Shown: piece after piece, positions 39,160-48,707 of the stretch
How positions within the stretch are numbered: the stretch's first letter is position 1
How the letters are laid out: every line of letters starts with the position of its first letter
Assembly (NCBI GenBank): GCA_011049425.1
Contig: DSBM01000141.1
Coordinates: 62,969-126,968 of the forward strand
Length of the DNA stretch: 64,000 nucleotides
Direction of reading: 5' to 3'
From: Candidatus Aminicenantes bacterium
GTDB lineage: Bacteria > Acidobacteriota > Aminicenantia > UBA2199
The notes under the pieces: model-generated
Seen by the model: only the letters and a program-made list of their open reading frames with translations
The model's database searches: none
Told to the model about the DNA's origin: nothing
Translations under genes and position numbers: made by a program

Positions 39160-39914
39160 ATGCCTCCAAAACGGCGTTGCCGTGATTGAAATTCCGTTAA
39201 TGAACGCAATAAGGGGCCCATTAGGAAGTCGGGCCACAATTCGCGCGCAAAAATCAATTCCGCGTACGCTGACTGGTAAACCAGAAAATTGGACAACCGC
39301 TGTTCACCTGATGTGCGAATCACGAGGTCCGGATCGGGGTCATTCTGGGTGTAAAGATACTGTCTCAAAGTCTCATCACTGACGCTCTCGGCATTCACTC
39401 CCGCTTTTATCATGGAGCGTACAGCTTGGAGTATTTCCTGGCGGCCGCCGTAATTGATGGCCAGGTTGACAGTCATGTCAGTGAAATCACGTGACATTTC
39501 TTCTGTTTCTTTTATTTTGCGACCCAACCTGGCCGGCAGGCGTGTCGGTTCTCCGATCATGCGCATGCGGATACGATGCCGCTTCAACAGTTCGGCTTTC
39601 TGTTCAAGGTTCTCGTACAACATGTTCATCAGGGCGTTGATCTCGCGTGGGGGGCGCTTCCAGTTTTCACTTGAGAAAGTGTAAAGCGTCAGTATGGGGA
39701 TGGACATGCGTGCGCATGCCTCTACGATCAGCCGCGCGGTCGCGGCACCCTTGCGGTGGCCCTCCAGCCTGCTCAAACCCCGGCTTTGGGCCCAGCGGCC
39801 GTTGCCGTCCATAATAATGGCCACATGTTTGGGCATGCGTTTGGGATCCAGCCCCTGCAGCAACTTTTCCTCTTGTGATCGGGGTTGAACGAGATCCGCC
39901 ATATCAACCAGCAT
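39156..39914 (-). CDS. uppS: Isoprenyl transferase (undecaprenyl-diphosphate synthase)
   Basis: HVAIIMDGNGRWA and the cis-IPPS core. Start approximate; the ORF extends to 39965. Confidence 0.85.
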   Translation of the reverse strand: MLVDMADLVQPRSQEEKLLQGLDPKRMPKHVAIIMDGNGRWAQSRGLSRLEGHRKGAATARLIVEACARMSIPILTLYTFSSENWKRPPREINALMNMLYENLEQKAELLKRHRIRMRMIGEPTRLPARLGRKIKETEEMSRDFTDMTVNLAINYGGRQEILQAVRSMIKAGVNAESVSDETLRQYLYTQNDPDPDLVIRTSGEQRLSNFLVYQSAYAELIFARELWPDFLMGPLLRSLTEFQSRQRRFGGI

Positions 39915-40053
39915 GGGGCTGATTATAGGGGCAAGCCGGGGGGATGTCAATCTGAGACCCGGCAACCACCCGGTCCGCCGGGGCTGTTGACAATAACTCT
40001 CGCCTTCATATAGAATAACCTTCTCTACAGGCGGGATTTGGCCGAGGTTTAAA

Positions 40054-40806
40054 ATGGAAGGTTTTAAACAGTTTGTTTACAGTTACTCTAAAGGCGACAT
40101 CATCTTTACCGAAGGGGATGAGCAGAACCACTTCTACATCATCAACTCGGGCCGGGTTCAGTTGAAACTCAACCGCAACAACCTGATCCTCATTTCCCTG
40201 GGCAAAGGAGACTTTTTCGGTGAAGAAAGCCTGAACGACGGCCAGGAAGCCATGTTTACCGTTGAGGTCATGGAAGATGCTTCCATAATAAGGATCCCCT
40301 ACTCCGCCCTGGTGGAGATGATGAAGAAAAGCCGGGAGATCTCACTGAAAATCGTGAAAAAACTTTCCGAGAAAAACCTTAAGATTCTGGAATACCTGTT
40401 TCAGATGAAAGGACAAGACATCACCAGTGACGAACAACCCGCCTCAGAATCGCTTGAAGAGGACAATCAGGACCTGCTGGATCCGGCCATCCAGGCATAC
40501 CTGGTGATTCAACGTTCCAACCGGGTGGTGCAACTCACGCATAAGACCACCTTTCTCGGGCGCCGCGACTACACCAGCGGCTTTACACCCGATATCGACC
40601 TGACCAAGGAAGATGAGGAAAAATACATCTCCCGCAAACACGCCAAGATCCAGTTCACCAACGATCGGTTCTACATTTCAGAGGAGCCCGGTGCCATTAA
40701 CGGCACGTTTATCAACGGGGAAAAAATGAAGACCGGGGTTAAGTACGAACTCAACAACGAAGATGAACTTACCCTCTGCCACCTGAGTTGTGTGTTTAAG
40801 GCCTGA
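40054..40806 (+). CDS. Cyclic-nucleotide-binding (CAP effector) domain fused to a C-terminal FHA domain
   Basis: N-terminal cNMP-binding beta-barrel (GDIIFTEGDEQNHFYIINSGRV...GKGDFFGEESL), an acidic linker, then FHA (GRRDY..., SRKHAKI, AINGTFINGEKM). Confidence 0.7.
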   Translation: MEGFKQFVYSYSKGDIIFTEGDEQNHFYIINSGRVQLKLNRNNLILISLGKGDFFGEESLNDGQEAMFTVEVMEDASIIRIPYSALVEMMKKSREISLKIVKKLSEKNLKILEYLFQMKGQDITSDEQPASESLEEDNQDLLDPAIQAYLVIQRSNRVVQLTHKTTFLGRRDYTSGFTPDIDLTKEDEEKYISRKHAKIQFTNDRFYISEEPGAINGTFINGEKMKTGVKYELNNEDELTLCHLSCVFKA

Positions 40807-40976
40807 CGGTTCACCGCATTTCATTCTTTCCAACTACCCAACTCTCTTACGCATTTTTCTCGGGCGGTTCACGCCCCTACCCTTGCCCCTCGCCTCTTGC
40901 CCCCAAACCCTTGCGGTCTTCTGTGTGATCACTCACAAAAGGCAATAGATCCCCTTTTCAACTTAACCGGCTTTAT

Positions 40977-41663
40977 TCAAAAAGCTTCCAGATCCTCTCT
41001 AAAGGTAACCTTGATGTTGCGCACATCTCCCTCAACCAGGGCGATCCGGGCCAGGCTGTAATGATGGACCAGCCCGGCATCATCCGTGACCAGGACTCCG
41101 TTGTCTCTGCGGGCCCGCTCGTGCGCCTCACGGATCACATTCAGACGAAAACCTTGAGGTGTCTGGATCCTCTTGTAAATGGAGCGGTTCGGAAAATCCG
41201 CCACTTTTCCTTCCGGGTCCAATTGTACCAATGTGTCGCTGACCGCGATTGCGGGCGCTACCGCATCCGCCCTTTTCAGGGCATCCAGGATGCGATCCAC
41301 AAGAGCGGAGTCGATCCACGGACGCGCCGCATCGTGAATCAGCACGTGGGTCCTTCCCGCCACCACGGCCGCCAAGCCCGCGCGTGATGATCCCTGCCTG
41401 GTGTCTTTGCCCGCTACCACTCGAATACGCTCGCGACTAAATCCATCCATCATAACAAGGGTGCGTGAGAGCCGATCTTCCGGTACAACCAGAATCACAT
41501 CCCGGATGCGGGGATGGGTCAGTAAGCGCTCAACGCTGTGGCGAAGCATCTCTTTCCCGTCTATTTCGCGAAACTGCTTTGGATCGGATCCGCCCAGTCG
41601 GACTCCCCTGCCGCCCGCCAGAACGATTGCGGTTGTATTCATGTCGCTGGTTTCGGTCTGCAT
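40977..41663 (-). CDS. ispD: 2-C-methyl-D-erythritol 4-phosphate cytidylyltransferase
   Basis: AIVLAGGRGVRLG nucleotide-binding motif. Start set at the ATG at 41663, which has a GGAG RBS. Confidence 0.85.
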   Translation of the reverse strand: MQTETSDMNTTAIVLAGGRGVRLGGSDPKQFREIDGKEMLRHSVERLLTHPRIRDVILVVPEDRLSRTLVMMDGFSRERIRVVAGKDTRQGSSRAGLAAVVAGRTHVLIHDAARPWIDSALVDRILDALKRADAVAPAIAVSDTLVQLDPEGKVADFPNRSIYKRIQTPQGFRLNVIREAHERARRDNGVLVTDDAGLVHHYSLARIALVEGDVRNIKVTFREDLEAF

Positions 41664-41785
41664 GTGTTCAACTCCCAATGCGATTATACGCTATGCGCTA
41701 TCCGGCCTCAACCGCGACCGCATCCGTTGTGGATCCGTTGACACCATCGGGACAATCATGCTAAAATGCCCACTTCGGAGGCATT

Positions 41786-41992
41786 ATGAAGAAAGAAATT
41801 CATCCCGAATATATGGAATGTACCGTCACCTGTGCTTGTGGCAATACCTTCAAGACCCGGGCCACGGTCAAAGGGATCGAAGTGGAAATCTGTTCCAGTT
41901 GTCATCCCTTCTATACGGGCAAGCAGAAATACGTGGATACAGAAGGCCGTATCGAGAAGTTCAAGAAAAAGTATGGCTACAAGGAGCAATGA
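41786..41992 (+). CDS. rpmE: 50S ribosomal protein L31 (zinc-binding type)
   Basis: MKKEIHPEY...CxC...[12 protein letters not shown]. Confidence 0.9.
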   Translation: MKKEIHPEYMECTVTCACGNTFKTRATVKGIEVEICSSCHPFYTGKQKYVDTEGRIEKFKKKYGYKEQ

Positions 41993-43097
41993 CACCCTTC
42001 TCTCTTGTCTGCACAACCTTTACGAAAAAGCGCAAGCCCTGACGCAGCGCCTGGCGGAAATGGATGTAACCTCCAATTCCGAAAATTTCCGCAACCTCTC
42101 ACGCGAGTTATCCCGGATCAAACCCGTAAGCGATCTGTACCTGGATCTGCGCCGCTATGATAAAGAGCGTTCCGAAGCCCTTGAAATGGCGAAAATCGAG
42201 GATGACCCGGAGATGGCTTTACTGGCACGTAATGAAGTGGACGGACTGGATGAAAAAATCTCGGAACTCACAATCATGGTCCGCCGCTTGCTGGTTCGGG
42301 ACGCGGCCGCGGATCACCGCAATGTCTATCTGGAGATTCGCGCCGGCACCGGGGGTGATGAGGCCTCCCTCTTTGCCGCGGATCTGTTGCGCATGTACCA
42401 CCGTGTGGCGGAACGCCGCCACTGGAAGGCCGATGTCATCTCCACCACCTACTCCTCCATCGGCGGCATCAAGGAAGTGATTCTGCACTTGCGTGGTAAT
42501 GACGTATACGGTCAACTCAAGTTCGAAAGCGGGGTACACCGCGTACAACGGGTTCCGGCAACCGAATCCAGCGGACGCATCCACACATCAACCGCCACCG
42601 TGGCCGTGCTGCCTGAAGTGCGCGATGTGGAAGTCACCCTTAATCCCGCGGATGTCCGCATTGACACGTACCGGGCTTCCGGAAGCGGAGGACAACACGT
42701 CAACAAAACCGAATCCGCCATCCGCGTCACCCATTTTCCCTCGGGAATCGTGGTCACCTGCCAGGACGAGTCTTCCCAGCACAAAAATCGTGACAAGGCC
42801 CTGGCCGTACTCAAATCCCGCCTGTACGAAGAGGAGATGCGCCAACAGGAAGAGGGGATTGCTCTGGATCGTCGCGCACAGGTGGGTTCCGGTGAACGTT
42901 CCGAAAAGATCCGCACCTACAATTTTCCCCAGAACCGTGCCACGGATCACCGCATTTCCGGGCGAAACTTCAACCTGGAAAGCGTCCTGGACGGCAACAT
43001 CAGCGACCTTCTGGCCGCACTGGCCGGCCGCCATGAAGAGCGGGTCCTGCAACAGCGATTCCGCGAACTCTCCGCACCGTGCGCTACGGAGAACTGA
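41973..43097 (+). CDS. prfA: Peptide chain release factor 1
   Basis: RF1 motifs (PAT tripeptide, [18 protein letters not shown]). Start placed at the ATG at 41973, overlapping the rpmE stop. The ORF-track start at 41832 is an in-frame upstream extension across rpmE. Confidence 0.9.
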   Translation: MATRSNDTLLSCLHNLYEKAQALTQRLAEMDVTSNSENFRNLSRELSRIKPVSDLYLDLRRYDKERSEALEMAKIEDDPEMALLARNEVDGLDEKISELTIMVRRLLVRDAAADHRNVYLEIRAGTGGDEASLFAADLLRMYHRVAERRHWKADVISTTYSSIGGIKEVILHLRGNDVYGQLKFESGVHRVQRVPATESSGRIHTSTATVAVLPEVRDVEVTLNPADVRIDTYRASGSGGQHVNKTESAIRVTHFPSGIVVTCQDESSQHKNRDKALAVLKSRLYEEEMRQQEEGIALDRRAQVGSGERSEKIRTYNFPQNRATDHRISGRNFNLESVLDGNISDLLAALAGRHEERVLQQRFRELSAPCATEN

Positions 43098-43906
43098 TTG
43101 CCGATGCCCTGTTGAAAGGGAGTCAGGCGGGAATCAAGCCACTCGATGCTGAGCTCCTGCTTTGCGACGCCTTTGCAATTTCCCGCGGCCGCTACTGGAC
43201 AATCCGCCCGGATGAGATCACGGATAAGCAAGGTCAGAAACGCTTTTCCAGGAATCTGCGGCGGCTTTTACGGGGTGAGCCGCTTTACTATATCCTCAAG
43301 AAACGCGAGTTCTTCTCACGCAGTTTCTGCGTGGATCGCCGCGTGCTGGTTCCGCGACCGGAAACGGAAACCCTGGTTGAGCAGGCCCTGGCCCGCATCC
43401 GTCCCAAAGACACTATTCTCGATATCGGCGCCGGTTCCGGTTGTGTTTCAATCACCCTGGCATTGGAAGCGGATGTCCGGGTGACCGCCCTGGAGATTGA
43501 CCGGCGCGCCCGGCGCCTGTTGCAATGTAACCTTGATCGATTCAGGGTTGAAACGCGGGTCCGTGTCTGTGGGGGAAACCTTTTCCCCCGCCACGGCGGA
43601 CCCTGGCGGATGATTGTGGCCAACCCGCCTTACTTGAGTAGTCAGGAATACCACGCCCTGCCAAAACATATCCGTGGGTTTGAACCGCGGAGGGCCCTGG
43701 TTGGCGGTCATGAAGGCACGGAAATCCTGCATCGTATCATACACGGCTCCCATTCCAGAATCCATCCCGGCGGATGGCTGCTGCTGGAAACCGGATACAA
43801 CCAGGCGCGAGGCATCGCGCAGGAGATGAAGGCACGGGGCTTCCACGACATTCAGATCATCCCGGACCTTGCCGGCATTGAACGCGTGGTGATGGGGCGG
43901 CATTGA
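43079..43906 (+). CDS. prmC: Release factor glutamine N5-methyltransferase PrmC/HemK
   Basis: SAM-binding (LDIGAGSGC) and NPPY motif (VANPPYL). Confidence 0.85.
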   Translation: MRYGELIADALLKGSQAGIKPLDAELLLCDAFAISRGRYWTIRPDEITDKQGQKRFSRNLRRLLRGEPLYYILKKREFFSRSFCVDRRVLVPRPETETLVEQALARIRPKDTILDIGAGSGCVSITLALEADVRVTALEIDRRARRLLQCNLDRFRVETRVRVCGGNLFPRHGGPWRMIVANPPYLSSQEYHALPKHIRGFEPRRALVGGHEGTEILHRIIHGSHSRIHPGGWLLLETGYNQARGIAQEMKARGFHDIQIIPDLAGIERVVMGRH

Positions 43907-45231
43907 ACGTTCTTTTTCTGACTCCCTATATCACCGATTTCTCGGCTTATGATCTCTGGCTTCGCCCGCTCGGGCTCATGCAACTGGCGGCTGTGGTTAA
44001 ATCACGTACCAGTTGCCGCGTATTCTGGCTCAATCCCCTGGACCGCTACGCCGGTCTCGAGAATCTTTACGACCCGGATGACGGTCGCGGTCATTTTTAC
44101 CGCTCCCCTATTGCCAAACCGCAATGTTTTCAGTCCATCCCCCGCTTTTTCGCGCGCTACGGCTGGCCGCTGACTGTTTTTGACGCATACCTGGAAACCC
44201 TCCCGCCAATGGACATGATCTGCATGACCACACTCATGACCTATTGGGTGGACGGGGCGAGCTTCACCCTGGACAGGCTGCGCCGGCATTCCCCGGATGC
44301 GGTTACGGTCGTGGGGGGCATCCTGCCTACGCTGATGCCGGCTGCAAGCAAGCGCGAAATCAGGGCCGATTATTATATCTCCGGCCCTGGAGAAAACTTG
44401 CTGCTCAAGCTTATTCAGCGCATCGGCGGGCGCAAATTATTTAAACCCCGACCATCCCGCATCCGCATTGAAGATTTCCTCTCTGCTGCTGATCCCGCCT
44501 ATCCCTTGCTGACTTCACGGGGATGTCCCATGCAGTGCAGTTATTGCGCATCCCGCTTGCTGAATCCTGAATTCAGTGAACGCCCGGTATCCGCGGTCAT
44601 TCGCGAAGTCCGTAGCGCTCGTCGGTCTCGCCGCCATTTCGTTTTTTTTGATGACGCCTTACTGATCAACAAAGAAAGCCGATTTCTGCCACTGGCCCGG
44701 GCCGCGGCGGAGATGAATTTGTGTCTGCATACACCCAACGGCCTGCATGTGCGCGAAATCGATTCCGTTAGCGCCCATGCCCTGCGCAATGCAGGCACCC
44801 GCACCCTGCGCCTGAGCCTGGAAACCACTTCATGCGACATCCACGTCCGGGATTCCAACAAGGCGGACGCAGATACCATGCGCCGGGCCGTTGATCACCT
44901 GCTGGAAGCCGGTTTCTCTGCCGCAGAGATGGAAACCTACGTATTGTGGGGTTTGCCGGGACAATCGCTCGATTCCGTGCACGCCACCCTGGATTTCGTG
45001 GAAAACCTGGGCATCATCCCCCGCCTGGCGGATTACTCGCCTGTTCCGGGGACCCCGGATTGCATCCGCCTGCAAGATTCCGGGCGCCTGGGCAGATCCC
45101 TGGATCCCCGCCATACCAACAAGCTCTTTCACCTGCTGCAAACCAGCGGCTACTCCGGCAGCGATATCCGGGCGGTGCGCACCCGCTGCAGAGGGATCAT
45201 TTCCAGAGTTCGCAATTGCCGTTCCTGTTGA
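43903..45231 (+). CDS. B12-binding-domain radical SAM protein
   Basis: N-terminal cobalamin-binding Rossmann-like region, CxxxCxxC cluster (SRGCPMQCSYCAS). A TTG start overlaps the prmC stop (TTGA). Confidence 0.7.
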   Translation: MNVLFLTPYITDFSAYDLWLRPLGLMQLAAVVKSRTSCRVFWLNPLDRYAGLENLYDPDDGRGHFYRSPIAKPQCFQSIPRFFARYGWPLTVFDAYLETLPPMDMICMTTLMTYWVDGASFTLDRLRRHSPDAVTVVGGILPTLMPAASKREIRADYYISGPGENLLLKLIQRIGGRKLFKPRPSRIRIEDFLSAADPAYPLLTSRGCPMQCSYCASRLLNPEFSERPVSAVIREVRSARRSRRHFVFFDDALLINKESRFLPLARAAAEMNLCLHTPNGLHVREIDSVSAHALRNAGTRTLRLSLETTSCDIHVRDSNKADADTMRRAVDHLLEAGFSAAEMETYVLWGLPGQSLDSVHATLDFVENLGIIPRLADYSPVPGTPDCIRLQDSGRLGRSLDPRHTNKLFHLLQTSGYSGSDIRAVRTRCRGIISRVRNCRSC

Positions 45232-45250
45232 TTTCGGTTATGAATGAGAT

Positions 45251-46738
45251 ATGGTGATCCAGATGCGTTCCAAATCCTTGCACGGTTTGAAAAGAAAACC
45301 ACCCCAAAAACCAACCGGCCCATTGATTGCGTGTTTTTTTGTGATCCTTTCGTTTTGTACTCCCTGTCCGGGTAAGGCTGAAGGCCGTGTTCAAACACTT
45401 TTTCGCATCGGCCCCGAGCATTACGATGTGTCCGTAGAGGTCTTTCCCGACCAGGGTTTCCTGCAGGCCAACGCGGCCATCCGCCTCTTCCTGGAGCAAC
45501 CCGCGTCACCGACCCTCTCGTTCTTTCTGCACCAGACCTTCCGCATCGACGAGCTGGCCCTGAACGGGCGCAACATGCCTTTCTCCATGACCCCCGCCCC
45601 ACCGGAGAAACTGTACCCCGCACGCCAGCGCGTGGACATCCAATTAAACAGAGAAACGGGCACAACGTCACGGATCGACCTCTTCGTGCGCTACAGCGGC
45701 GTGCTGAAAAAACTTCCGCAGTGGGGTTTAGCGAAGCCGGGCAAATTATCAATGGACGACACCATTGGACCTGAACGGGTGGAGTTGGCCGCCTATTCAG
45801 GCTGGCATCCCCAGTGGCCGGGACGCCATTGGTTCAGCCTGAAACTCGAAATTATCGCCCCGGATAACTGGAAAGTCATTGCCTCGGGAGAAAAAACCGG
45901 TACCCGTTTGAAAGAAAACAGAATTCACACCACATGGGAGTCCGCGCGGGACCACGACCTGGTGGTTGTGGCCTCTCCGGATTTCAAGGAAATTCAGGTG
46001 CCCGCGGGCAGTGATTTCGGTATCATTTCAGTCTTGCACACCCGCTTACCTGCTGATTTTGTGAATCGCGAAGCCCGTGAAATGGCGCGGGCACTGGAAT
46101 ACCATACCCAATGGCTCGGCCCTCCCCTGCACGCGGGAACCAGCCTGCGTCATGTCTACTCTCCCCGTGAAAAGGGTCAGGGCGGCTACTCCAGGCCGGG
46201 ATTGATCATCTCTTCAGAGGGACGCATCAGCGCCGCCCTCGAGTCCCGCCCGGCGCTTTCCTTTATACGCGGCAATGCCCACGAATTGGCCCACTTCTGG
46301 TGGAATTCCGGCCGTGGCCAGGCGGACTGGATCAACGAAGCTTTCGCGGAGTATTTCTCACTGCTGGTCCTGGAAGCCGCCGGAAACGCCATGGACTCTG
46401 CCGCCTACTTAAAAAGTTGCGAAGAGCAGGTCCGCAATCTACCGCAGAGTGCCGGTGCACTGTCAAAAGTTCCGGCAGACAATACCGGGCATAACCATGT
46501 GATCCGTTACTGCCAGGGAGCGTTGATGCTGCACCATTTTCGCAGCCTGATGGGCGATGAGGCGTTTTTTGCGGCCTGCCGCCGCTTTTACCTTGAATTC
46601 AGGGAATCAGGCGCAGAAACGCAGGATTTCCGCGACTTCTGGAGCCAACAGAAAGGCATGGACTCAACCACGGTGAATCGCTGGCTGGATACACCCGGAA
46701 GCGGTCTTATGCCTGTTCTGGAAACCGCAGAAAAATAG
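45251..46738 (+). CDS. Secreted HEXXH gluzincin metallopeptidase (M1-like, no GAMEN motif seen)
   Basis: Signal peptide. HELAH...18 aa...NEAFAEY arrangement typical of M1/gluzincins. Confidence 0.5.
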   Translation: MVIQMRSKSLHGLKRKPPQKPTGPLIACFFVILSFCTPCPGKAEGRVQTLFRIGPEHYDVSVEVFPDQGFLQANAAIRLFLEQPASPTLSFFLHQTFRIDELALNGRNMPFSMTPAPPEKLYPARQRVDIQLNRETGTTSRIDLFVRYSGVLKKLPQWGLAKPGKLSMDDTIGPERVELAAYSGWHPQWPGRHWFSLKLEIIAPDNWKVIASGEKTGTRLKENRIHTTWESARDHDLVVVASPDFKEIQVPAGSDFGIISVLHTRLPADFVNREAREMARALEYHTQWLGPPLHAGTSLRHVYSPREKGQGGYSRPGLIISSEGRISAALESRPALSFIRGNAHELAHFWWNSGRGQADWINEAFAEYFSLLVLEAAGNAMDSAAYLKSCEEQVRNLPQSAGALSKVPADNTGHNHVIRYCQGALMLHHFRSLMGDEAFFAACRRFYLEFRESGAETQDFRDFWSQQKGMDSTTVNRWLDTPGSGLMPVLETAEK

Positions 46739-46799
46739 TGGAAAACCAGTCCCTTTATTGTTTAAATTGTGTTATATTCAGGATGACAGGAGGAAATGA

Positions 46800-47399
46800 A
46801 TGGAGCAAATAGTCAAACAAATGGTGCATATGCTGGGGAAAGGGGACAGCCTTTCCAATTTAAGCAAAACCATCGGGGGATCACCGCGGGCGACCCGTTC
46901 CGCCCTGGAGCTTGTATTGCCCTCGATGATCCATGCCATGAACCGCAATACCAACAGCCGTGACGGCGCCGGTTCCCTGCTCAATGCCTTGAAACGGGAT
47001 CATGACGGCAGCATCCTTGAACGCCTTGGAGAAGCCATATCCAGACCGAATGAAAGCGCCGGCATGGGAATCCTGGGGCACCTGTTCGGATCCAAAACCA
47101 GGGCGGTGGAATCCGGCGTCGGCCGCGCCACGGGCCTGGACACAGGGCAGATCACCCGCCTTATGGTCACCGTGGCCCCGATTGTACTGGGATTGCTGGG
47201 CAAACTCCGCAACCAGAAAAACCTGGACAGCGACGCCCTCAGCAAACTGCTGGGAAGAGAGGATGAGCAGGTGCGGCCGCGGACAAAAAAACGCCTCTCT
47301 CCCCTGTTGCAGTTTCTGGATCAGGATGGAGACGGGGATATCAGCGGGGAAGTCATTCAGATCGGCACGGGATTGTTGGGACGACTGTTCAAACGCTAA
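46800..47399 (+). CDS. DUF937-like hypothetical protein
   Basis: 199 aa, Gly/Leu-rich repeats resembling the DUF937 (YidB-like) family. Confidence 0.4.
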   Translation: MEQIVKQMVHMLGKGDSLSNLSKTIGGSPRATRSALELVLPSMIHAMNRNTNSRDGAGSLLNALKRDHDGSILERLGEAISRPNESAGMGILGHLFGSKTRAVESGVGRATGLDTGQITRLMVTVAPIVLGLLGKLRNQKNLDSDALSKLLGREDEQVRPRTKKRLSPLLQFLDQDGDGDISGEVIQIGTGLLGRLFKR

Positions 47400-47428
47400 A
47401 AAACAGATACTTATTCCGGGAGGAAGAC

Positions 47429-47866
47429 ATGGGATTGTTTGATTTTATCAAAGATGCAGGCAAAGCCATCGGTTTGGTTAACGAACCCGGCGCGGGTGAG
47501 CGCCTGGTTAAAGAGATCCGTTCTCTGGATCTGGATGTGGAAGATCTTTCCGTGAATTTTTCCGATGGTTTGGCAAAAATTTCAGGCCGCGTAAAAACCC
47601 AGGAAATGCGCGAGAAGGTCATTCTGGCCGCCGGCAATGTGGCCGGGGTTGAAAAAGTCGACGACAACCTGACAGTCGAACAGGAATCCCCACAGGCGCT
47701 GTTTCACACAGTCGTGCGCGGCGACACGTTATCAGCCATTGCCAAACAGTTTTACGGCAATCCAATGAAGTACATGGTGATTTTTAAAGCCAACCAACCA
47801 CTGCTCAAGGATCCGGATAAAATTTATCCGGGCCAGGTCCTGCGGATTCCCGAAGTCAAAGACTGA
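47429..47866 (+). CDS. kbp: BON + LysM domain protein (potassium-binding protein Kbp/YgaU-like)
   Basis: Strong similarity to E. coli YgaU over the full length (MGLFDFIKDAGK...; C-terminal LysM ...KIYPGQVLRIPE). Confidence 0.8.
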   Translation: MGLFDFIKDAGKAIGLVNEPGAGERLVKEIRSLDLDVEDLSVNFSDGLAKISGRVKTQEMREKVILAAGNVAGVEKVDDNLTVEQESPQALFHTVVRGDTLSAIAKQFYGNPMKYMVIFKANQPLLKDPDKIYPGQVLRIPEVKD

Positions 47867-47872
47867 TTGTGC

Positions 47873-47902
47873 GCCGGGAAAGGACTCGTGTCCTTTCCCG
47901 GC
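47873..47902 (+). terminator. Strong 13-bp-stem hairpin 6 nt after the kbp stop (GCCGGGAAAGGAC-tcgt-GTCCTTTCCCGGC), with no U-tract
   Basis: Perfect stem; the following sequence is TCAACCTTT rather than a T-run, so terminator function is uncertain. Confidence 0.35.
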
Positions 47903-48002
47903 TCAACCTTTCACAACCCGCCTTATCATAACGCCGTTTTCCCTCTTTTTTTCACTGTTTCTTTGAGTCCCGCACGGCATATCGCTTTCCTTCCCGAAAG
48001 CA

Positions 48003-48031
48003 TTGACACGCGCACACATCCCCCGTATAAT
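48003..48031 (+). promoter_or_regulatory. Consensus sigma70 promoter (TTGACA-17 bp-TATAAT) for the DUF134-NifX gene
   Basis: Perfect -35 hexamer at 48003-48008 and -10 at 48026-48031 with a 17-bp spacer, 29 nt upstream of the ATG at 48060. Confidence 0.6.
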
Positions 48032-48059
48032 GTGCATATGCTCAAAATAAAGGCTCTCC

Positions 48060-48701
48060 ATGGGTCGTAGAAAAAAACACCGCGCCTGCAGGCTGCTGCA
48101 ACGGGACCACATTATCGGTCCCACTTCAGCCAAAGAAGTGTGCGGCGTTGCGCTCATGGAAGCCGATGAATTCGAGGCGTTGCGGCTGTGCGACCTCGAC
48201 AACTGCAACCAGACCGCGGCGGCGGCTATTATGAATGTCTCCCGGGCCACGCTTCAGCGTTTGCTGCGAACCGGGCGCCGTAAAATGGTGGCCGCCTTGC
48301 TGAATCATTACACCATTCGCATCAAAGGAGAAACCCACATGAACATCTGTATTCCCACTGTTGACAACAAGGGCCTGAAATCAACGGTAAGCCCCCATTT
48401 CGGTATGGCACCCTATTTTACCCTGGTGAACAGTGAAACCATGGAAACCAGGGGGATTGTGAACGAACGCATCGATCACAACCAGGGCGCATGCAAACCC
48501 CTGGCCGGACTGGAGAATCATTCCGTAGACGTACTCATTGTATCCGGAATGGGACATCGCGCCATCGCGCGTTTGGCCGAATCCGGGACGCAAGCCTTCC
48601 TTTTTACCGGCAATACCGTGGCGGAAGCGCTCAAAGCCTGGCGGGCGGATGAACTTCAGTCTTTAACCCCGGATGCGGCCTGCAGCGGACACGGACGTTG
48701 A
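48060..48701 (+). CDS. DUF134 (UPF0251 DNA-binding) domain fused to a NifX/NifB-like dinitrogenase FeMo-cofactor-binding domain
   Basis: N-terminal DUF134-like HTH (EFEALRLCDLDNCNQTAAAAIMNVSRATLQRLL); C-terminal PF02579-like domain (APYFTLVN...VDVLIVSGMGHRAIARLAESG). Confidence 0.65.
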   Translation: MGRRKKHRACRLLQRDHIIGPTSAKEVCGVALMEADEFEALRLCDLDNCNQTAAAAIMNVSRATLQRLLRTGRRKMVAALLNHYTIRIKGETHMNICIPTVDNKGLKSTVSPHFGMAPYFTLVNSETMETRGIVNERIDHNQGACKPLAGLENHSVDVLIVSGMGHRAIARLAESGTQAFLFTGNTVAEALKAWRADELQSLTPDAACSGHGR

Positions 48702-48707
48702 TTTAAA

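Noticed and set aside
41832-41972. Upstream extension of the prfA ORF across rpmE
   Set aside because: The in-frame extension overlaps the conserved L31 gene in another frame. RF1 alignment supports the ATG at 41973 as the start.
45150-45752. 200-aa minus-strand ORF
   Set aside because: It overlaps the 3' end of the radical SAM gene and the 5' end of the peptidase gene on the opposite strand, with Arg/Gly/Cys-rich composition and no RBS context.
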